Shown here: positions 37,904 through 50,882 of the stretch, piece by piece
Numbering within the stretch: the stretch's first letter is position 1
How the letters are laid out: every line of letters begins with the position of its first letter
Program-made: the position numbers and the translations under genes
Notes under the pieces: model-generated
Told to the model about the DNA's origin: nothing
The model's database searches: none
The model's input: only the letters and a program-made list of their open reading frames with translations
Assembly (NCBI GenBank): GCA_002721365.1
Contig: PBKC01000037.1
Coordinates: 29,501-93,500 of the forward strand
Direction of reading: 5' to 3'
DNA from: Rhodospirillaceae bacterium
Lineage (GTDB): Bacteria > Pseudomonadota > Alphaproteobacteria > GCA-2721365
DNA length: 64,000 bases

Positions 37904-39577
37904 TCAACCGCTCTCGGCAAGCAGACGGCGGGCGATGATGTGGGCCTGAATCTCGGCTGCGCCCTCGAAGATGCTGAGAATCCGCGAATCGACCAGAACC
38001 CGGCTGACGGGATATTCCTCGGCATAGCCGTTGCCGCCGTGAATCTGGACCGCGCAGTCGGCGTTGGCCCAGGCGACGCGGGCGGCGAGCAGCTTGGCCA
38101 TCCCGGCTTCGAGGTCGCAGCGGCGTCCGGCGTCCTTTTCCCGCGCGGCGTGCCAGGTGAGCTGACGGGCGATCATCGTTTCCACCGCCATCCAGGCCAG
38201 CTTTCCACCGACGCGGGGGAAGGCGGCGATGGGGCGCCCGAACTGTTGCCGGTCGCGGCCATAGGCGAGGCCGAGTTCGAGCGCGTTGCGGGCCACCCCG
38301 ACGGCGCGCGCCGCGGTCTGGATGCGGGCGGTCTCGAAGGTCGCCATGAGCTGCTTGAAGCCTTGGCCTTCCTCGCCGCCCAGCAGGGCGGTGGCGGGGA
38401 CCGGAAAGTCGTCGAACGCGAGCTCGTATTCCTTCATGCCGCGATAGCCGAGGACCTTGATCTCGCCGCCCTTCAGACCCTCGATGGGGAAGGCGTCCGA
38501 CTCGGTGCCGCGCGGCTTTTCGACGAAGAACATGCTGAGGCCCTTGTAGCCCCGCTCCGACGGATCGGTCCGGGCGAGGACGGTCAGAAGATCGGCCCGC
38601 GCGGCGTGGGTCGACCAGGTCTTGGCGCCGTTCAAGCGATAGACGTCGCCGTCCCGGACGGCACGGGTCTTCAGCGAAGCGAGATCGGAGCCGTAGTCGG
38701 GCTCGGTGAACACCGCGCCGGGAATGATCGAGCCATCGATCAGCCCCTCGAGCCACCGGGCCTTCTGGTCCTCGGTCCCGTGGCGGAGCAGAAGCTCGAT
38801 GGCGATCTCCGAGCGGGTGGCAAGCGATCCGACGCCGAGAAAGGCGCGCGACAGCTCCTCGGTGACGAGGCACATGGCGACCTTGCCGAGCCCGGCGCCG
38901 CCATGGACCTCGGGCGCGGTGAGGCCGAACACGCCCAGCGCACCCATCTGCGCGATGACGTCGGCGGGGATCAGGCTGTCTTCGCGATGCCAGACCGGTC
39001 CGCCGGGCAGGACCACGGTATCGCCGAACCGGCGGAACTGGTCGCGGATCATGGCGAGGGTATCGTCGTCGAGTGCCGGGTCGCCGAATCCGTCAGGGCT
39101 GCTGCCATCCAGCGATTCGGCGAGGCGGGCCCGGCTATCCGCGGTGTTCCCCGACGCGATCAGCGCCGATACCGCCGGGGTCAGGAAGGCGGCCGTCGTC
39201 GTCTCGTCCAGTCCCAGATCGTGCGGGCGGACGGTCTCGGTCTGGCTCATCGCGATGCCACCGCCGATCTGGGCGAGGTATTCGCCGAAGGCCGCACGGA
39301 GAATAAGGGCTTCCCGGTCCCCGAAGCCGTCGGACGAGTCCAGCCGTCGGGCCCATTCGAGCATCCGCTCCAGCGCTGCGACATAGGTGGCGAACCACGC
39401 CAGGCCGTGCGCCGCCGTCTGCTCGGCATCGACCAGCGCCGAGTCGACGCGGCCGTCGCGTGTCACTGCGGCGCGGACCGCTCTCTGCGCCGCGTCGAGC
39501 AGCGTCCGTGCCGCGGTCAACGCTTCGCTGCAGGTGGCGATCAGGGCGCTGTCGGAGACGGAGGTTGGCTGAGGCAT
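37904..39577 (-). CDS. mcd: Acyl-CoA dehydrogenase, (2S)-methylsuccinyl-CoA dehydrogenase-like
   Basis: N-terminal extension EQ.AAHGLAW.ATYV and AFGEYLAQI.GGI.MSQTE; VLGYRGMKEYE, RIQTAARA and IFEGAAEIQA. Confidence 0.8.
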   Translation of the reverse strand: MPQPTSVSDSALIATCSEALTAARTLLDAAQRAVRAAVTRDGRVDSALVDAEQTAAHGLAWFATYVAALERMLEWARRLDSSDGFGDREALILRAAFGEYLAQIGGGIAMSQTETVRPHDLGLDETTTAAFLTPAVSALIASGNTADSRARLAESLDGSSPDGFGDPALDDDTLAMIRDQFRRFGDTVVLPGGPVWHREDSLIPADVIAQMGALGVFGLTAPEVHGGAGLGKVAMCLVTEELSRAFLGVGSLATRSEIAIELLLRHGTEDQKARWLEGLIDGSIIPGAVFTEPDYGSDLASLKTRAVRDGDVYRLNGAKTWSTHAARADLLTVLARTDPSERGYKGLSMFFVEKPRGTESDAFPIEGLKGGEIKVLGYRGMKEYELAFDDFPVPATALLGGEEGQGFKQLMATFETARIQTAARAVGVARNALELGLAYGRDRQQFGRPIAAFPRVGGKLAWMAVETMIARQLTWHAAREKDAGRRCDLEAGMAKLLAARVAWANADCAVQIHGGNGYAEEYPVSRVLVDSRILSIFEGAAEIQAHIIARRLLAESG

Positions 39578-39695
39578 CGGCGTTTCCCAAGTCTGTTGTC
39601 GGGCGACCTTCTAGCACAGAGTGATCGACATCGCTTTCCGTCGTCCGGCCGCCGCGCTATCGTCGATAAATCGTCTCGCCGAGGGGAGGTTGGCG

Positions 39696-40550
39696 ATGAC
39701 CATGAAGTCCGTACTTCTGCCGTTCGAGGAGAGTCCGGCGCTGCCGTCGATGCTGGAATCGGCTCTTCTCGTGGCGCGCCGATTCGGAAGCTATATCGAA
39801 GGTCTGCACGTCCGGCTGGCGCAGTCGTCGCTGGTCCTGAGTGGCGAGGGGTTCGTGTCGCCCGAACTGCTGGAGAGCTTTCGCCGGCAGGACGTCGAGC
39901 GGACCCAGCATGTGCGCAACCTGTTCGACACCTTCATGGGCAACAAGGGAATCGTCTATGGCGAGGCGCCGCGTGCCGACGGCGAACCTTGCGCGGGCTG
40001 GCGCGAGGCGGTGGCGCCGAGCGAGGAGATGGTGGGAAGCCGGGGGCGCGTCTTCGACGTTATCGTCGTCGGACGTCCGGTCCGCGGCTCGCCTACCCCG
40101 GGCATGGGGACGCTGGAGGCGGCGCTGTTCGACAGCGGCCGTCCGGTGCTGATCGCGCCGCCGGTGCCGCCGTCGACCCTCGGCCAGTCGATCGCCATCG
40201 CCTGGAACGGCAGCAGCGAGACCGCCAGGACGATCGCGTTGGCTTTGCCTTTCCTTGTCGCCGCCGAGCGCGTGACGGTGATCTCGGCCGAGGAAAGCAT
40301 GGTTCCCGGCCCTTCCGGCGCCGAAATCGTTCGCTATCTGGAATGGAACGGCGTCCGCTCGGAAGCGATCGACATCGGAGCCGGCAACCGTCCTGTCGGA
40401 GAGGCGATCCTAGCCGCTGCCGGCAAGTGGGGCGCGGATATGCTGATCAAGGGCGGTTATACCCATAGCCGTATCCGCCAGATGATATTCGGCGGTGCCA
40501 CGCAGCAGATCCTCGCCGCGGCCGAACTGCCGGTGTTCATGGCCCATTAA
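39696..40550 (+). CDS. Universal stress protein (tandem USP domains)
   Basis: ALFDSGRPVL..P, IAWNGSSETAR and GGYTHSRIRQMIFGGAT; RBS GGGAGG before ATG 39696. Confidence 0.9.
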   Translation: MTMKSVLLPFEESPALPSMLESALLVARRFGSYIEGLHVRLAQSSLVLSGEGFVSPELLESFRRQDVERTQHVRNLFDTFMGNKGIVYGEAPRADGEPCAGWREAVAPSEEMVGSRGRVFDVIVVGRPVRGSPTPGMGTLEAALFDSGRPVLIAPPVPPSTLGQSIAIAWNGSSETARTIALALPFLVAAERVTVISAEESMVPGPSGAEIVRYLEWNGVRSEAIDIGAGNRPVGEAILAAAGKWGADMLIKGGYTHSRIRQMIFGGATQQILAAAELPVFMAH

Positions 40551-40565
40551 CTGGTCGCGGAGAAC

Positions 40566-42053
40566 ATGGGTTTTCGTTCACAGGGGACTAAGAGAATTCT
40601 GACTCTTTCGGGCCTCCGGGCCTTTCTTTGCACCATGCTGCTGGTCGCCGCGGCGCCGGCTCTTACGCCTGCGGCGCTGGCCGGGACCGTTCGGGTCGGG
40701 AGCGACAACGACCTCGCTGCTGCGTTTCGCGCGGCCAGGCCGGGCGACGTCATCACCCTGCAGCCCGGCACCTATTCAGTGCGGAAGTTGAAGACCGAGA
40801 CCGCCGGCACCGAGTCGGACCGGATCGTCGTGCGGGCCGAAACGCTGGGTACCGTCAGGATCGACGGGGGTGGCGAAGCGATCCTGATCCGCCATCCCTA
40901 CTGGACGTTCGAGAACCTCGAAATCCGTGGCGCCTGCGACAAGGACGACTGGTGCGAGCACGCGTTCCACATCGTCGGCAATGCCAGCCACACGATCATC
41001 CGCAACAATATCGTTCGCGAATACAACGCGATGATCAAAGGGAACGGCTTGCCCGACAAGAAGAACGGCGGCATGCCCTACTTCCCTACCGACGTCGTCA
41101 TCGAGAAGAACTACCTCTACAACTCGTCGATCCGCGACACCGACAACCCCGTCACCCCGATCGACGTGATGGGCGGCGAGCGCTGGGTCGTGCGCGACAA
41201 TTTCATCGCCGACTTCGCCAAGAGCCGGGGCAGTGGGGCGTCCTACGCCGCCTTCCTCAAAGGGAACTCGCGCGACGGCGTTTTTGAGCGAAATCTCGTC
41301 GTCTGTGAATGGCGGCATGCGGGCGGTGTTCGCCTGGGCCTGTCGTTCGGCGGCGGCGGGACCAGTCTGGGGTCGAAGACCTGCGTGAACCAGGACTGCT
41401 CCGTCTGGCACACCAACGGGATCATGCGGAACAACATCGTTCTCAACTGTCCCAACGACGTCGGCATCTATCTGAGCAAGGCCAGCGGCGCCAAGGTGTT
41501 CAACAACACCGTCTACAATGCGAACGGGATCGACGTCCGCTTCCCGCAGTCTTCGGCCGATATCCGCAACAACCTGATCGCCGGCGCGGTACGGACCCGC
41601 GATCAGGGGACCGCGCGGACCTCGACCAACGTCATGACCGGAAGCGATTTCGCCGCCTACTGGCCGGCGCTCGGCCGCTACATGAAGAAGCGGCTGGAAG
41701 GGCAGGACGTGAAGTATCCGACCATCTTCGCCAAGGCCGACGTCGACTGGGCGCAGTCGGTGGTCGACGATGTGATCGGCTATCTGGAGCAGTCACCCAT
41801 CGGCAACGGCTCGGGGAAAATCGACAGGCTGCTCGAAGATCCCGAGGCCCTGAACTTCAACCTCGTCGACGACGACGCGATCCTGGACGACGGTCAGGAA
41901 CTGAACGACGTGCAGGACGATTTTTGCGAACGGCCGCGCGGCGCGACGCCGTACGACGTCGGAGCGATCGAATACTCGGCGGGGCCGTGCGACGTGAAGG
42001 CGCGTTTCCCCATGCTCGACGAGCTCCCGCGAGAAGCGTCGCCCACGGGGTGA
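40566..42053 (+). CDS. Secreted right-handed parallel beta-helix (pectin-lyase/chondroitinase-B-like fold) protein
   Basis: Signal peptide (..PAALA); A.PGD.I.L.PGTY cap; repeated IRNN/FNNT Asn ladders; C-terminal YDVGAIEY. Confidence 0.8.
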   Translation: MGFRSQGTKRILTLSGLRAFLCTMLLVAAAPALTPAALAGTVRVGSDNDLAAAFRAARPGDVITLQPGTYSVRKLKTETAGTESDRIVVRAETLGTVRIDGGGEAILIRHPYWTFENLEIRGACDKDDWCEHAFHIVGNASHTIIRNNIVREYNAMIKGNGLPDKKNGGMPYFPTDVVIEKNYLYNSSIRDTDNPVTPIDVMGGERWVVRDNFIADFAKSRGSGASYAAFLKGNSRDGVFERNLVVCEWRHAGGVRLGLSFGGGGTSLGSKTCVNQDCSVWHTNGIMRNNIVLNCPNDVGIYLSKASGAKVFNNTVYNANGIDVRFPQSSADIRNNLIAGAVRTRDQGTARTSTNVMTGSDFAAYWPALGRYMKKRLEGQDVKYPTIFAKADVDWAQSVVDDVIGYLEQSPIGNGSGKIDRLLEDPEALNFNLVDDDAILDDGQELNDVQDDFCERPRGATPYDVGAIEYSAGPCDVKARFPMLDELPREASPTG

Positions 42054-42065
42054 TGGCGTTGGGCG

Positions 42066-42644
42066 TCAGCCCGCGCCAGAGCGGAAGTCGGCCAACAGCT
42101 CGCCGCGTTCGGACAGGCGACGGAAAATCAGGGAATCCATTCCTAAGACGGCAGCAAGCCGCGCGCGCTGACGCGGGCTGGCTTCACGCTGGCCGTTCTC
42201 GATGCTGGCGAGGGCGTTGAGAGAAAGGCCGACCAGTCCGGCGACCGTCCGCTCGTCGAGTCCCGATGCCTGACGCATCAAGGCGACCGAGCTTCCGAAT
42301 TCGCGCCGTTCCTCTGGCGACATCGTGGCGCGCCGCCCCACCATGCCCACCACGTCCTTGGCGGTCTGACTGCGTCGCAGCCTGACGTCGCGGCGCTCTT
42401 CACGAGCCAGCCAGCGCAGGAGCAGCCGGCGCACTTGGTGCGACATCGGCCGGCGCCGGCACAGATCCTCGACTTCGGCGATGGAAATGCCGATCTCCAT
42501 CGCCGCCTGGCGGATTTTGAGCTTACGGCGTGCTCCGACCGCGAACAGTCTGGCGAAAATGGCCTCGTCGCCGTCCTGGGCGACAAGCGTCACACCACCG
42601 GTCCCACTCGCGACCGAGTTCACTCTAACGTCCGCCTCCGGCAC
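42066..42644 (-). CDS. XRE-family helix-turn-helix protein (possibly two HTH domains)
   Basis: C-terminal MRQASGLDERTVAGLVGLSLNALASIENGQR; start codon uncertain. Confidence 0.65.
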   Translation of the reverse strand: MPEADVRVNSVASGTGGVTLVAQDGDEAIFARLFAVGARRKLKIRQAAMEIGISIAEVEDLCRRRPMSHQVRRLLLRWLAREERRDVRLRRSQTAKDVVGMVGRRATMSPEERREFGSSVALMRQASGLDERTVAGLVGLSLNALASIENGQREASPRQRARLAAVLGMDSLIFRRLSERGELLADFRSGAG

Positions 42645-42731
42645 GCCTGCTGCTCACGTCGACAATTTAGTCTGGTTGAAGCTGCTCCGCGACCCTCCAG
42701 TGGAGGTAGCGACGCGTCCGGACCGTTCCGT

Positions 42732-44168
42732 CTACGCGGCCTCCGTCCCCCCGACCGTCAGGCCGTCCACGAGAAGGGTCGGCTGGCCGACGCCCACCGG
42801 CACGCCCTGGCCGTTCTTACCGCAGGTGCCGATGCCGGGATCCATCTGGAAGTCGTTGCCGATCGCCGTCGACTTGGTCAGCACCTCCCAGCCCGATCCG
42901 ATCAGCGTTGCGCCCTTGACCGGGCGGGTCGGCTTGCCGTCCTCGATCAGATAGGCCTCGGAGGCCGAGAACACGAACTTGCCGGAGGTGATGTCCACCT
43001 GACCGCCGCCGAAATTGACGGCGTAGAGGCCCTTCTTCACCGAGCCGATGATCTCCTGCGGATCACGGTCGCCGGGGCGCATCACCGTATTGGTCATGCG
43101 GACCTGGGGCTGGTGGGCGAAGCTCTGCCGGCGGCCGTTGCCGGTCGAGCGGGTTCCCATCAGCCGGCCGTTCAGGCGATCCTGCATGTAGCCCACCAGG
43201 ATGCCGTCTTCGATGAGCGGCGTGCATTGCGAGGGCGTTCCCTCGTCGTCGATGGTGAGCGATCCGCGGCGGTCGTCGATGCTGCCGTCGTCGACCACCG
43301 TGATGCCCGGCGCGGCGACCCGCTCGCCCATCATCCCGGAGAACACCGAGGTCTTCTTGCGGTTGAAGTCGCCCTCCAGCCCGTGGCCGATCGCCTCGTG
43401 CAGCAGGATGCCGGGCCAGCCCGGCCCCAGCACGACCTGCATTTCGCCCGCCGGCGCCGCCACCGCCTCCAGATTGACCAGCGCTTGGCGCAAGGCCTCG
43501 TCGACATGGGCCTGCCAGGTTTCCGGGGCGAGGATGAGGTCGTAGCTCATGCGCCCGCCGGAGCCGTAGGAGCCGCTCTCCATCTTGTCGTCCTCGGCCA
43601 CCACGACGGAGACGTTCAGTCGTACCAGCGGCCGGATGTCGCCCACCCGGTCGCCGTTGCCGCGGATGATCTCGATCGCCTGCCAGTTCCCCGACAGGGA
43701 CGCCGATACCTGACGGACCCGTGGGTCCTTGGCGCGGGCGTATGCGTCGATATCCTGCAGCAGCTTCACCTTCTGCGGCATGTCGACCGCCTGAAGGGGG
43801 TTGTCGTCGGTGTAGAGCGAGCGGTTGGTGCGTCCGGGCCCGACGTCCAATGTACCGGCCCGGCCGCTGCGAACGGCCTTGACCGTATCGGCGGCCCGGC
43901 GGATGGCGTCCTCGCTCAACTCAGCGGCATGACCGTAACCGGTGGCTTCTCCGGACACGGCGCGCAGTCCGAAGCCCTGGCTGGAATCGAACGACGCGTT
44001 CTTCAGCTTGCCGTCGTCGAACGTGAACGACTCGGACTGCCGATACTCGAGGAACAGCTCGCCGTCGTCGGCGCCGGCTAGCGCATCGTCCACCACCCCT
44101 TCGACGCGACTGCGGTCGAGTCCGGCGCGGGTGAAGAACAGATCGTCGAGTCTGGCAATATCGGTCAT
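42732..44168 (-). CDS. tldD: Metalloprotease TldD
   Basis: GWPGILLHEAIGHGLEGDFNRK, STGNGRRQS and CGKNGQGVPVGVGQPT. Confidence 0.96.
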   Translation of the reverse strand: MTDIARLDDLFFTRAGLDRSRVEGVVDDALAGADDGELFLEYRQSESFTFDDGKLKNASFDSSQGFGLRAVSGEATGYGHAAELSEDAIRRAADTVKAVRSGRAGTLDVGPGRTNRSLYTDDNPLQAVDMPQKVKLLQDIDAYARAKDPRVRQVSASLSGNWQAIEIIRGNGDRVGDIRPLVRLNVSVVVAEDDKMESGSYGSGGRMSYDLILAPETWQAHVDEALRQALVNLEAVAAPAGEMQVVLGPGWPGILLHEAIGHGLEGDFNRKKTSVFSGMMGERVAAPGITVVDDGSIDDRRGSLTIDDEGTPSQCTPLIEDGILVGYMQDRLNGRLMGTRSTGNGRRQSFAHQPQVRMTNTVMRPGDRDPQEIIGSVKKGLYAVNFGGGQVDITSGKFVFSASEAYLIEDGKPTRPVKGATLIGSGWEVLTKSTAIGNDFQMDPGIGTCGKNGQGVPVGVGQPTLLVDGLTVGGTEAA

Positions 44169-44519
44169 GGTTCCGTCCCGGTTCTGCACCTCGCAGGTGC
44201 GGTATTGTCGTTCGCTCGAAGCTCTTATATAGGCGCCGCCTGCCTTGAGATCACCCCGCACTCGAATCGGTTATGTCCTGGGCATTTGCGACCGATCGTT
44301 ATGACATAACGGCTATGACGGGAAGCGGCGATATTCTCTGGTCGGCACGGCGAGAACTGTATATAAAAATTCCGAGTCAGTGGGTGAACCGGGCGGTTCC
44401 GGTCCGCGATGCGGGGGGCCGATCCGGGTGAGAGGGTACGCCGTGCGGCAAGGGGATGCCGAGGGGCGCGCCAATTCGTGCGGAGGCAGGGGCATTCCGG
44501 ATGCGCATGGCCGGAGCGC

Positions 44520-44584
44520 TTGATTTGGCGGAAACGCGTTGTGTATTTTTCCCGCGCTCGCGGTCTTGTTGCGCTGCGGCAACA
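44520..44584 (+). promoter_or_regulatory. Candidate cox operon promoter with downstream dyad TGTTGC-N6-GCAACA
   Basis: TTGATT (44520) about 18 bp before TATTTT; inverted repeat at 44567-44584. Confidence 0.35.
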
Positions 44585-44697
44585 CCGTGCTCCCGCGGGA
44601 AAGACCCGGTTGTCTCCGGCGCGTGGACCCAGCTCCGCCGCGTTGGTGGGTGATCGGTCGCCGATTTAGGGAATCGGATCAGCAGAAGGGCGAAGGA

Positions 44698-47213
<2,516 letters not shown>

Positions 47214-47235
47214 ATCGCTGGCGGGAGACAACGGC

Positions 47236-48153
47236 TTGTCGGATACGTCCATGATCGGCAACGCTACGGCGGGTGTGGTTGCACCCGCCGCCGCTTCCGA
47301 CTTCTTCGCTCTTCTCAAGCCCAGGGTGATGTCGCTGGTTCTGTTCACTGGCGTCGTCGGCCTGGTGCTGGCGCCGGGCGACCTTCACCCGGTGCTGGCC
47401 TTCGTCGCCCTGCTCTGCATTGCCGTTGGTGCGGGCGCGTCGGGCGCGATCAATATGTGGTTCGACCGCGACATCGACGCCGAGATGACGCGGACACGGC
47501 GACGGCCCATCCCGATGGGACGCGTCGATCCGCAGGACGCTCTCGGCTATGGCGTCGCCCTCGCGGTCGGGTCCGTCGCCCTGATGGGCTTGGTGGTCAA
47601 CTGGGTGGCTGCGGCGCTGCTCGCGTTGACGGTCGCTTTCTACGTCTTCGTCTACACCATGTGGCTGAAGCGCCGGACGCCGCAGAACATCGTCATCGGC
47701 GGTGCGGCCGGCGCGTTGCCGCCGGTGATCGGCTGGGCGGCCGTGACCGGCGATGTCAGCCTGGCGCCGCTGGTTCTGTTCCTGATCATCTTCATGTGGA
47801 CGCCGCCTCATTTCTGGGCCCTTGCCCTGTTCCGGAGCGAGGATTACGCCCGGGTCGGCGTGCCGATGCTGCCGGTGGTGGCAGGGCCGGAGGCGACGCG
47901 GAAGCAGATCCTGCTCTACACCCTGCTGCTGGTGCCGATCACGCTGCTGCCTTGGGGCATGGGAATTTGCGGCTGGCTCTATGGCGTCGGTGCATCCGTT
48001 CTGGGGGCGCTCTTCATCGTCTGCGCCGTCCGCGTCCGGATGACCGAGGACGACCGGCCGGCCCGCCAGATGTTCGGCTACTCGATCCTGTATCTGTTCC
48101 TCCTTTTCGCTCTGATGCTTCTCGACAAGGGGCTCGGTGGTGCGGCGCTCTGA
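47236..48153 (+). CDS. cyoE: Protoheme IX farnesyltransferase (heme O synthase)
   Basis: [35 protein letters not shown] and WTPPHFWAL. Confidence 0.96.
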   Translation: MSDTSMIGNATAGVVAPAAASDFFALLKPRVMSLVLFTGVVGLVLAPGDLHPVLAFVALLCIAVGAGASGAINMWFDRDIDAEMTRTRRRPIPMGRVDPQDALGYGVALAVGSVALMGLVVNWVAAALLALTVAFYVFVYTMWLKRRTPQNIVIGGAAGALPPVIGWAAVTGDVSLAPLVLFLIIFMWTPPHFWALALFRSEDYARVGVPMLPVVAGPEATRKQILLYTLLLVPITLLPWGMGICGWLYGVGASVLGALFIVCAVRVRMTEDDRPARQMFGYSILYLFLLFALMLLDKGLGGAAL

Positions 48154-48156
48154 CCG

Positions 48157-48276
48157 ATGCCGATCAGTGAGGAACATAAAAGGCGTAGAGGTCGAAACTA
48201 CGCGCTGGCCGGAGTGCTTCTCGCGCTCGTCGTGCTGTTCTTCGTCGTCACCATGGTGAAGATAGGCGGGCAGTGA
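48157..48276 (+). CDS. CoxF-like small membrane protein (39 aa, absent from ORF track)
   Basis: [39 protein letters not shown]; conserved position between heme O synthase and cox11; GTGA overlap with the next gene. Confidence 0.8.
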   Translation: MPISEEHKRRRGRNYALAGVLLALVVLFFVVTMVKIGGQ

Positions 48277-48914
48277 CGATGGAGCGGAATCAGGGCCGAG
48301 ACCAACAAGGCCGTAACAAGCTGGTCGCGCTGGTGTCTGTCGGCACCGTCGTCGGCATGCTTGGATTGTCGTTCGCGGCGGTGCCGCTCTACCGGGTGTT
48401 CTGTCAGGTCACCGGCTATGGCGGTACGACGCAGCGGGCGGAGGCCGGCTCGGTCAAGGTTGTCGAGCGCCTGATCACGGTCCGTTTCAATGCCGACGTT
48501 CAGCCCGACCTCGCCTGGCGGTTCCAGCCGGAGCAGCGCGCCGTCACCGTCAAGGTCGGCGAGAACGCGCTCGCGTTCTACAGCGCCGAGAATCTGAGCG
48601 ACGCGCCGATCGTGGGGCAGGCGGTCTACAACGTGACCCCGGAGAAGGCCGGCATCTACTTCAACAAGGTCGCGTGCTTCTGCTTCGACCAGCAGTTCCT
48701 GAGCCCGCAGCAGCGGGCCGACATGCCGGTGTCGTTCTATGTCGACCCGGCGTTCGCCGACGATCCCGACATGGCGGACGTCAAGACGATTACGCTGTCC
48801 TACACTTTCTTCAATTCGGGTGAGGACGGCCTCAAGGATTATCTCGAAAACCATCCCGAGGCCCTCGCGGCCACGACCATTAAGACTGAAATGAAGACCC
48901 CGGAGGGAAGTTGA
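48273..48914 (+). CDS. ctaG: Cytochrome c oxidase assembly protein Cox11/CtaG
   Basis: [16 protein letters not shown] and [10 protein letters not shown]. Confidence 0.96.
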   Translation: MTMERNQGRDQQGRNKLVALVSVGTVVGMLGLSFAAVPLYRVFCQVTGYGGTTQRAEAGSVKVVERLITVRFNADVQPDLAWRFQPEQRAVTVKVGENALAFYSAENLSDAPIVGQAVYNVTPEKAGIYFNKVACFCFDQQFLSPQQRADMPVSFYVDPAFADDPDMADVKTITLSYTFFNSGEDGLKDYLENHPEALAATTIKTEMKTPEGS

Positions 48915-48918
48915 ACCA

Positions 48919-49725
48919 ATGGCCGACACCGCGCACGCGAAGGCACACGAATATCATCTGGTAGATCCCAGCCCTTGGCCGGCGTTGGGGTCGTTCTCCG
49001 CGCTCATCCTCGCGGTCGGCGCGATCATGTTCATGCACGAACTGGGCGGTGGCGGCTGGGTCCTGGCGGCCGGCTTTGTCATGGTCCTGTTCACCATGTT
49101 CGTCTGGTGGCGGGACGTGGTGCGCGAGGGCGAGTATGAAGGGCATCACAGCACCATCGTTCAGCTCGGCCTTCGCTACGGGATGGTCCTGTTCATCGCC
49201 TCTGAGGTCATGTTCTTCGTGGCGTGGTTCTGGGCGTTCTTCAACGCCGCCCTGTTCCCCACCGCGGAGATCGGGGGTGTTTGGCCGCCGGACGGCATCG
49301 AGACCTTCGACCCCTGGCACCTGCCGCTTCTCAACACGATCATCCTGCTGACGTCGGGCGTGACCGTCACCTGGGCGCACCATGCCCTGCGTGAGGGCCA
49401 TCGTAAGCAGGTCATCCAGGGATTGGCGCTGACGGTCCTGCTCGGTCTCACCTTCAGCTGCATCCAGGCCTACGAATACGTGCATGCGCCGTTCGGGTTC
49501 ACCGACGGCATCTACGCCTCGACCTTTTTCATGGCGACCGGGTTCCACGGCGCCCATGTGATCATCGGCACGATCTTCCTGATCGTCTGCCTGATCCGCG
49601 CGTCGCTCGGCCACTTCAAGCCCGACCACCATTTCGGCTTCGAGGCGGCGGCCTGGTACTGGCATTTCGTCGATGTCGTCTGGCTGTTCCTGTTCTGCGG
49701 CATCTACTGGTGGGGTGGGGCCTGA
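48919..49725 (+). CDS. coxC: Cytochrome c oxidase subunit III
   Basis: [27 protein letters not shown] and [11 protein letters not shown]. Confidence 0.97.
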   Translation: MADTAHAKAHEYHLVDPSPWPALGSFSALILAVGAIMFMHELGGGGWVLAAGFVMVLFTMFVWWRDVVREGEYEGHHSTIVQLGLRYGMVLFIASEVMFFVAWFWAFFNAALFPTAEIGGVWPPDGIETFDPWHLPLLNTIILLTSGVTVTWAHHALREGHRKQVIQGLALTVLLGLTFSCIQAYEYVHAPFGFTDGIYASTFFMATGFHGAHVIIGTIFLIVCLIRASLGHFKPDHHFGFEAAAWYWHFVDVVWLFLFCGIYWWGGA

Positions 49726-49759
49726 GGCCCCCCTCTTCGGCTGACGCGATCGGCGCGGC

Positions 49760-50155
49760 GTGAGCGAAAGAGACGACTACCCGCAGCTCTCTCCGTTCTC
49801 GACAGGACTCCGGTCGCGGTGTCCGCGTTGCGGACAGGGTAAGTTGTATTCGGGGTTCCTGACGGTCGCCGACCGCTGCTCGTCATGCGGTCTCGACCTC
49901 AGGGCCCAGGACTCGGGCGACGGGCCCGCGGTCTTCATCGTTCTGATCGTGGGCTTCATCGTCGTCGGACTGGCGCTTTACACCGAGGTCGCCTTTGCGC
50001 CGCCGCTGTGGGTCCATGCGATCCTGTGGTTGCCGGTGATCCTGGTTCTGGCCATCGGCATGTTGCGGCCATTCAAGGCGACGATGATCGCGCTCCATTA
50101 CAAGCACAATCTCCTCGGCGGGACCGGTAACGGGGGTGATGGCGACGCGCACTGA
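49760..50155 (+). CDS. DUF983 domain protein
   Basis: RCPRCGQGKL, CSSCG and DSGDGPA; usual cox operon position. Confidence 0.9.
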   Translation: MSERDDYPQLSPFSTGLRSRCPRCGQGKLYSGFLTVADRCSSCGLDLRAQDSGDGPAVFIVLIVGFIVVGLALYTEVAFAPPLWVHAILWLPVILVLAIGMLRPFKATMIALHYKHNLLGGTGNGGDGDAH

Positions 50156-50882
50156 GCGGTCGCGACGGAAATTTCGGCCGAAGCTGGCGGCGACGCTGAT
50201 CGCCCTGCCGGCCTTCGTCGTTCTGCTCGGTCTCGGGTACTGGCAGGTCGAGCGCCTGGAATGGAAACGCGGGCTGATCGCGGCCATCGACGAGCGCGGC
50301 CATTTGCCGCCGGTCGATCTGCCGGCCGAAATCGACCAGCCGGCCGACTGGTCGTTCCGGCCGGTGCGCGTTTCCGGCCAGTACGCCCACGATCAGGCCC
50401 AGCATCTCATGGCGCGGGTCCGTGACGGACAGCTTGGGATCGAACTGCTGACGCCTCTGGTGCGCGAGAACGCGCCGCCGGTTCTCGTCGATCGCGGCTG
50501 GGTGCCCGCCGACCCGTCCGGTGACGTCGCGCCGTATGACGAACCTCGGGGCGACGTCGTGATCCAGGGCTTCGCGCGTGTGCCGGAAACGGTCTCGTCC
50601 TTCACCCCCGACAACCGCCCCGCGGACCGGGAGTGGTTCTCGGTCGACTTGGCGGCGCTGTCGAAGCAGACGGGTTACGCCCTCGCGCCGGTCTATGTGA
50701 TGGCCATGCCCACTGAGGGAACGAACGGATCGGCGGCCGGAACCTACCCCGCGCCGATGGGTCGGCTGCCCGAGCTGCCCAACAACCACCTGCAATACGC
50801 CATTACCTGGTTCGCGCTGGCGGGGGCGCTATTGGGCGTGTACGTTCTCGCGCATTTCAGGAGAGACTCCGGGGAGAGTTGA
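50139..50882 (+). CDS. surf1: SURF1/Shy1 family protein
   Basis: LGYWQVERLEWK, VLVDRGWVP and NNHLQYAITWF. Confidence 0.95.
   Translation: MATRTERSRRKFRPKLAATLIALPAFVVLLGLGYWQVERLEWKRGLIAAIDERGHLPPVDLPAEIDQPADWSFRPVRVSGQYAHDQAQHLMARVRDGQLGIELLTPLVRENAPPVLVDRGWVPADPSGDVAPYDEPRGDVVIQGFARVPETVSSFTPDNRPADREWFSVDLAALSKQTGYALAPVYVMAMPTEGTNGSAAGTYPAPMGRLPELPNNHLQYAITWFALAGALLGVYVLAHFRRDSGES

Noticed and set aside
44500-44540. FNR/FixK box upstream of coxB
   Set aside because: Only the TTGAT half-site is present; ATCAA is missing at the required spacing.
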